From Bifidobacterium breve (GTDB taxonomy: Bacteria; Bacteroidota; Bacteroidia; Flavobacteriales; Flavobacteriaceae), in NCBI GenBank assembly GCA_943323545.2, contig CALPIE020000001.1, forward strand, positions 4,347-68,346: 64,000 nucleotides of DNA, in the 5' to 3' direction. The notes below the pieces were generated by a model. It did not search any database and was not told the origin of the DNA. It worked only from the letters and a program-made list of their open reading frames with translations. The position numbers were made by a program, and so were the translations under genes. Positions 60,937 to 64,000 of this stretch are shown here, piece by piece (position 1 is the first letter of the stretch; each line of letters starts with the position of its first letter).

Positions 60937-62118
60937 ATGGAAGCTACTTTAAACGTTATTGACAAAATCAATTCGCTCAAAGTTTGCGTTATTGTGCCTA
61001 CGTACAATAATGAAAAAACTTTAAAACGCGTTTTAGATTCGGTTTTGACGTTCACTTCCAATATTATTATCGTTAACGATGGTTCTACTGATACGACGGC
61101 GACTATTTTAAAAGACTATTCGAATTTAGTGCAAATCCACCACGCTAAAAACTCAGGAAAAGGAACGGCACTTCGCAACGGATTTAAAAAAGCCATTGAA
61201 CTAAATTACGAGTACGCGATTACCATTGATTCTGATGGACAACATTTCGCCTCCGATATTCCCACTTTTATTGAAGCCATCGAAAAGGAGCAAAATGCTT
61301 TACTTATCGGAAGTCGTAACATGACAACCGATGACGTTCCTAAAAAAAGCAGCTTCGGTAATAAATTCTCCAATTTTTGGTTTTGGTTTGAAACCGGTAT
61401 CAAGCTCGAAGACACGCAATCGGGTTATCGTTTGTATCCATTGCAACTCATTCCGAGAAAGTATTTCACTAACAAATTCGAATTCGAAATTGAAGTGATT
61501 GTACGTTCGGCATGGAAAGGAATTCCAGTGAAAAATATTCCAATTCAAGTGTTGTACGACCCAACAGAACGCGTTTCACATTTTCGTCCATTTAAAGATT
61601 TCACTAGAATAAGTATTTTAAATACGATCTTGGTTTTAATTACATTGCTTTACATCAAACCAAGGGATTTTTTTTTTAATTTTAAAAGAAAAGGAATAAA
61701 GCGTTTTTTTTTAGAAAACATACTTCACAACGAAGACAGTAATGCCAAAAAAGCACTGTCAATTGCATTAGGAGTTTTTGTTGGAATTTCGCCTTTTTGG
61801 GGGTTTCAAACGCTGATTGTTTTAGCATTAGCGGTACTATTGCGATTGAATAAAATAATAGCATTTGCATTTTCCAATATCAGTTTTCCGCCTTTTATTC
61901 CGTTTATAATTTATGGTTCTTTAATAATGGGAAGCTATTTTGTTGCTTCCGATACTTCCATTTTATTCGATAAATCAATAACGCTAGCAACGATTCAAAA
62001 CCACATTCAGCAATATGTGATAGGAAGTTTTGTTTTGGCAACAATTACAGCTGTTTTTTTTGGAACTATTGCATACCTACTTTTGTTATTTTTTACTACT
62101 TTTAAAAATAAAAAATAA
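60937..62118 (+). CDS. GT2 glycosyltransferase fused to a DUF2062 membrane domain
   Basis: VPTYNN, VNDGSTD, DSDGQH, DTQSGYRLYP; hydrophobic C-terminus. Confidence 0.88.
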   Translation: MEATLNVIDKINSLKVCVIVPTYNNEKTLKRVLDSVLTFTSNIIIVNDGSTDTTATILKDYSNLVQIHHAKNSGKGTALRNGFKKAIELNYEYAITIDSDGQHFASDIPTFIEAIEKEQNALLIGSRNMTTDDVPKKSSFGNKFSNFWFWFETGIKLEDTQSGYRLYPLQLIPRKYFTNKFEFEIEVIVRSAWKGIPVKNIPIQVLYDPTERVSHFRPFKDFTRISILNTILVLITLLYIKPRDFFFNFKRKGIKRFFLENILHNEDSNAKKALSIALGVFVGISPFWGFQTLIVLALAVLLRLNKIIAFAFSNISFPPFIPFIIYGSLIMGSYFVASDTSILFDKSITLATIQNHIQQYVIGSFVLATITAVFFGTIAYLLLLFFTTFKNKK

Positions 62119-62121
62119 AGG

Positions 62122-64000
62122 ATGCCTGATTTTTTAAGCGCAATGTATACTTATCTGAATAAGAGAAAGTTATTTTCTGTTATTCTGTTTGCTACAATCC
62201 TTTTTATACTTGGATTTTTCGCAAAACAACTTCAGTTTAGCGAAGACATCACACGACTTATTCCAACCAACGACAAAACCAATACAACTGCAAAAGTTTT
62301 AAATCAGCTGAATTTTGCCGATAAAATCACGATAAAAATCAGCGTCAAAAAAGACGGAACTCCTGAAGACTTATCAGAAGCAGCGAATCTTTTTTTAAAC
62401 GATTTGGAGGCAAGATGCAAAGACTATGTGGGTGAAGTGCAAGGTAAATTAGATGAGAAAAACCTACAGGAAACCTTCGATTTTGTCTATAATAATCTTC
62501 CTTTATTTTTAGATTCTAACGATTATGCGACGATTCAAAATAAAATTCAAAATGACAGTATCGCCAAAATAGTTGCGGCCGATTACAAATCGTTAATTTC
62601 CCCAACCGGAATGGTGACGCGCGATTTTATTCTAAAAGATCCACTGGGAATATCATTCATCGCCTTGAAAAAAATGCAGCAATTGAGCATTGGAGATGAT
62701 TTTACACTTCAAAACGGATTCGTAATTACCAAAAATAAACAGCATTTATTGCTTTTTGTAACACCAAAATTGCCGACCAATGAAACCGATAAAAACACTC
62801 TTTTTGTTGCGCAATTAAACAGTATTAAAGACAAAATCAACCAACAGTTTAAAGGAAAAGTAGCGTTGAGTTTTTACGGCGCTACACCAGTTGCCGTTGG
62901 AAATGCCACCCAAATAAAAGCCGATGTAAAATGGACCTCTATTTTTGCAACGGCTGCCTTAATTTTATTGTTGGTGTTTTTTTACAGAAACATCACATCA
63001 CCACTTCTCATTTTTGTTCCTTCTGTATTTGGAGCTGCTTTCGCACTGGCCGTTTTGTATTTTATGAAAGGAAGTATTTCGGCAATTTCACTCGGAATAA
63101 GCTCTATTTTATTGGGAGAAACGACCGATTATGCAATTTATGTTCTAACGCATTTGCGAAATAATAAAGATGTGAAATTGTTGTATAAAGACATTACCAA
63201 ACCACTAATTTTATGCGGTGTTACAACGTCGATTACATTTCTATGTTTGTTTTTTGTAAAATCGGAAGCGTTGAAAGACTTGGGAATTTTTGCTGCTTTG
63301 AGTGTTACTTCAACAGCTGTTTTTTCATTGATGTTAATTCCGCTATTGTATAAATTCAAATCAGGTAGTCCGCAAGAAATCATTCCACTTCATAAAGAAA
63401 AAGAAACACTACTCGACAAGATAAACGCCTATTCCTATCATAAAAATAAATTTTTGATATTGGCAATCATAGCGTTATTAATTGTTTGCATATTCAACTA
63501 TTCTAAAGTTACTTTTAATAACGATTTAGCCTCGCTGAATTTTGTTTCTCCCGAATTAAGACAAACCGAAAAAGACCTCGAAAACATCACCGATGGCGAT
63601 TCAAAATCAATTTACCTCGCTTCTTATGGAAATGATTACGAAACGGTTCTGAGCAATAATAACAACTTGTTTAACATCTTAAGTCAACAGAAAGACAACA
63701 ATCAAATTGTCAATTTTAGTTCGGTGGGCGGATTGGTTTTTTCTAAAGAAAAGCAACTTCAAAAAATTCAGGATTGGAATTCTTTTTGGGACGAAGCAAA
63801 AAAAGAAATAGTCAAAAGCAGATTGATTGCCAACGGAACGTCTTTCGGATTTAAAGCCACTACTTTCAATCCATTTTACGAACGATTAGAACAAGATTTT
63901 AAAACCATTTCGATTGCGGATTATAAAAAAGTAACCGCCTTTTTCATAAACGAATTTGTTTCTGAAAAAAACGGATTTTATACGGCATCAACATTAATTA
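62122..64000 (+). CDS. MMPL/RND-like exporter of the flexirubin cluster (partial, truncated by the window end)
   Basis: ATG 62122 begins MPDFLSAMYTYLNKRK...EDITRLIP...FADKI; DPLG motif and multiple TMs; absent from the ORF track because no stop falls in the window. Confidence 0.85.
   Translation, partial: MPDFLSAMYTYLNKRKLFSVILFATILFILGFFAKQLQFSEDITRLIPTNDKTNTTAKVLNQLNFADKITIKISVKKDGTPEDLSEAANLFLNDLEARCKDYVGEVQGKLDEKNLQETFDFVYNNLPLFLDSNDYATIQNKIQNDSIAKIVAADYKSLISPTGMVTRDFILKDPLGISFIALKKMQQLSIGDDFTLQNGFVITKNKQHLLLFVTPKLPTNETDKNTLFVAQLNSIKDKINQQFKGKVALSFYGATPVAVGNATQIKADVKWTSIFATAALILLLVFFYRNITSPLLIFVPSVFGAAFALAVLYFMKGSISAISLGISSILLGETTDYAIYVLTHLRNNKDVKLLYKDITKPLILCGVTTSITFLCLFFVKSEALKDLGIFAALSVTSTAVFSLMLIPLLYKFKSGSPQEIIPLHKEKETLLDKINAYSYHKNKFLILAIIALLIVCIFNYSKVTFNNDLASLNFVSPELRQTEKDLENITDGDSKSIYLASYGNDYETVLSNNNNLFNILSQQKDNNQIVNFSSVGGLVFSKEKQLQKIQDWNSFWDEAKKEIVKSRLIANGTSFGFKATTFNPFYERLEQDFKTISIADYKKVTAFFINEFVSEKNGFYTASTLI

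Larger units (their letters stand above)
37117..64000. other. Flexirubin-type aryl polyene/dialkylresorcinol biosynthetic gene cluster (continues past the window)
   Basis: TAL, KS/CLF pairs, ACPs, FabG, dehydratases, DarA/DarB, acyltransferase, LolA-like, GT2, MMPL exporter. Confidence 0.93.

Noticed and set aside
62931-63383. Short ORFs 62931-63164 (+) and 63138-63383 (-)
   Set aside because: They lie inside the long MMPL reading frame starting at 62122; treated as shadows, like the other short overlapping ORFs in the track.

Overview
AT-rich chromosomal window that looks like Flavobacterium (Bacteroidota): TAnnTTTG promoter boxes and typical gene families. 1-22 kb holds housekeeping and envelope genes: OmpA/TSP3, AddB-like nuclease, pepP, sdhCAB with an inserted four-helix-bundle gene, GH92, comF and glycyl-tRNA ligase. 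22.6-31.4 kb is an accessory signalling locus with a pseudo-receiver LytTR regulator, two NarL-like response regulators and two TPR-sensor histidine kinases. Between the kinases lies an 80-aa secreted precursor carrying five TGGNKT(I/V)GE cores. Its promoter has three 9-bp direct repeats at 21-bp periodicity, the LytTR-box arrangement. This is the best candidate for an undescribed peptide-pheromone (quorum-sensing) system. 31.5-37 kb holds thiL, a PfkB kinase, lepA and a paralog pair. 37.1-64 kb is a flexirubin-type (aryl polyene/dialkylresorcinol) biosynthetic cluster that runs off the window end. Intergenic spaces contain several families of REP-like and short-period inverted-repeat elements. 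I saw no rRNA, tRNA, CRISPR array or transposase. All calls come from reading the sequence; no searches were run.
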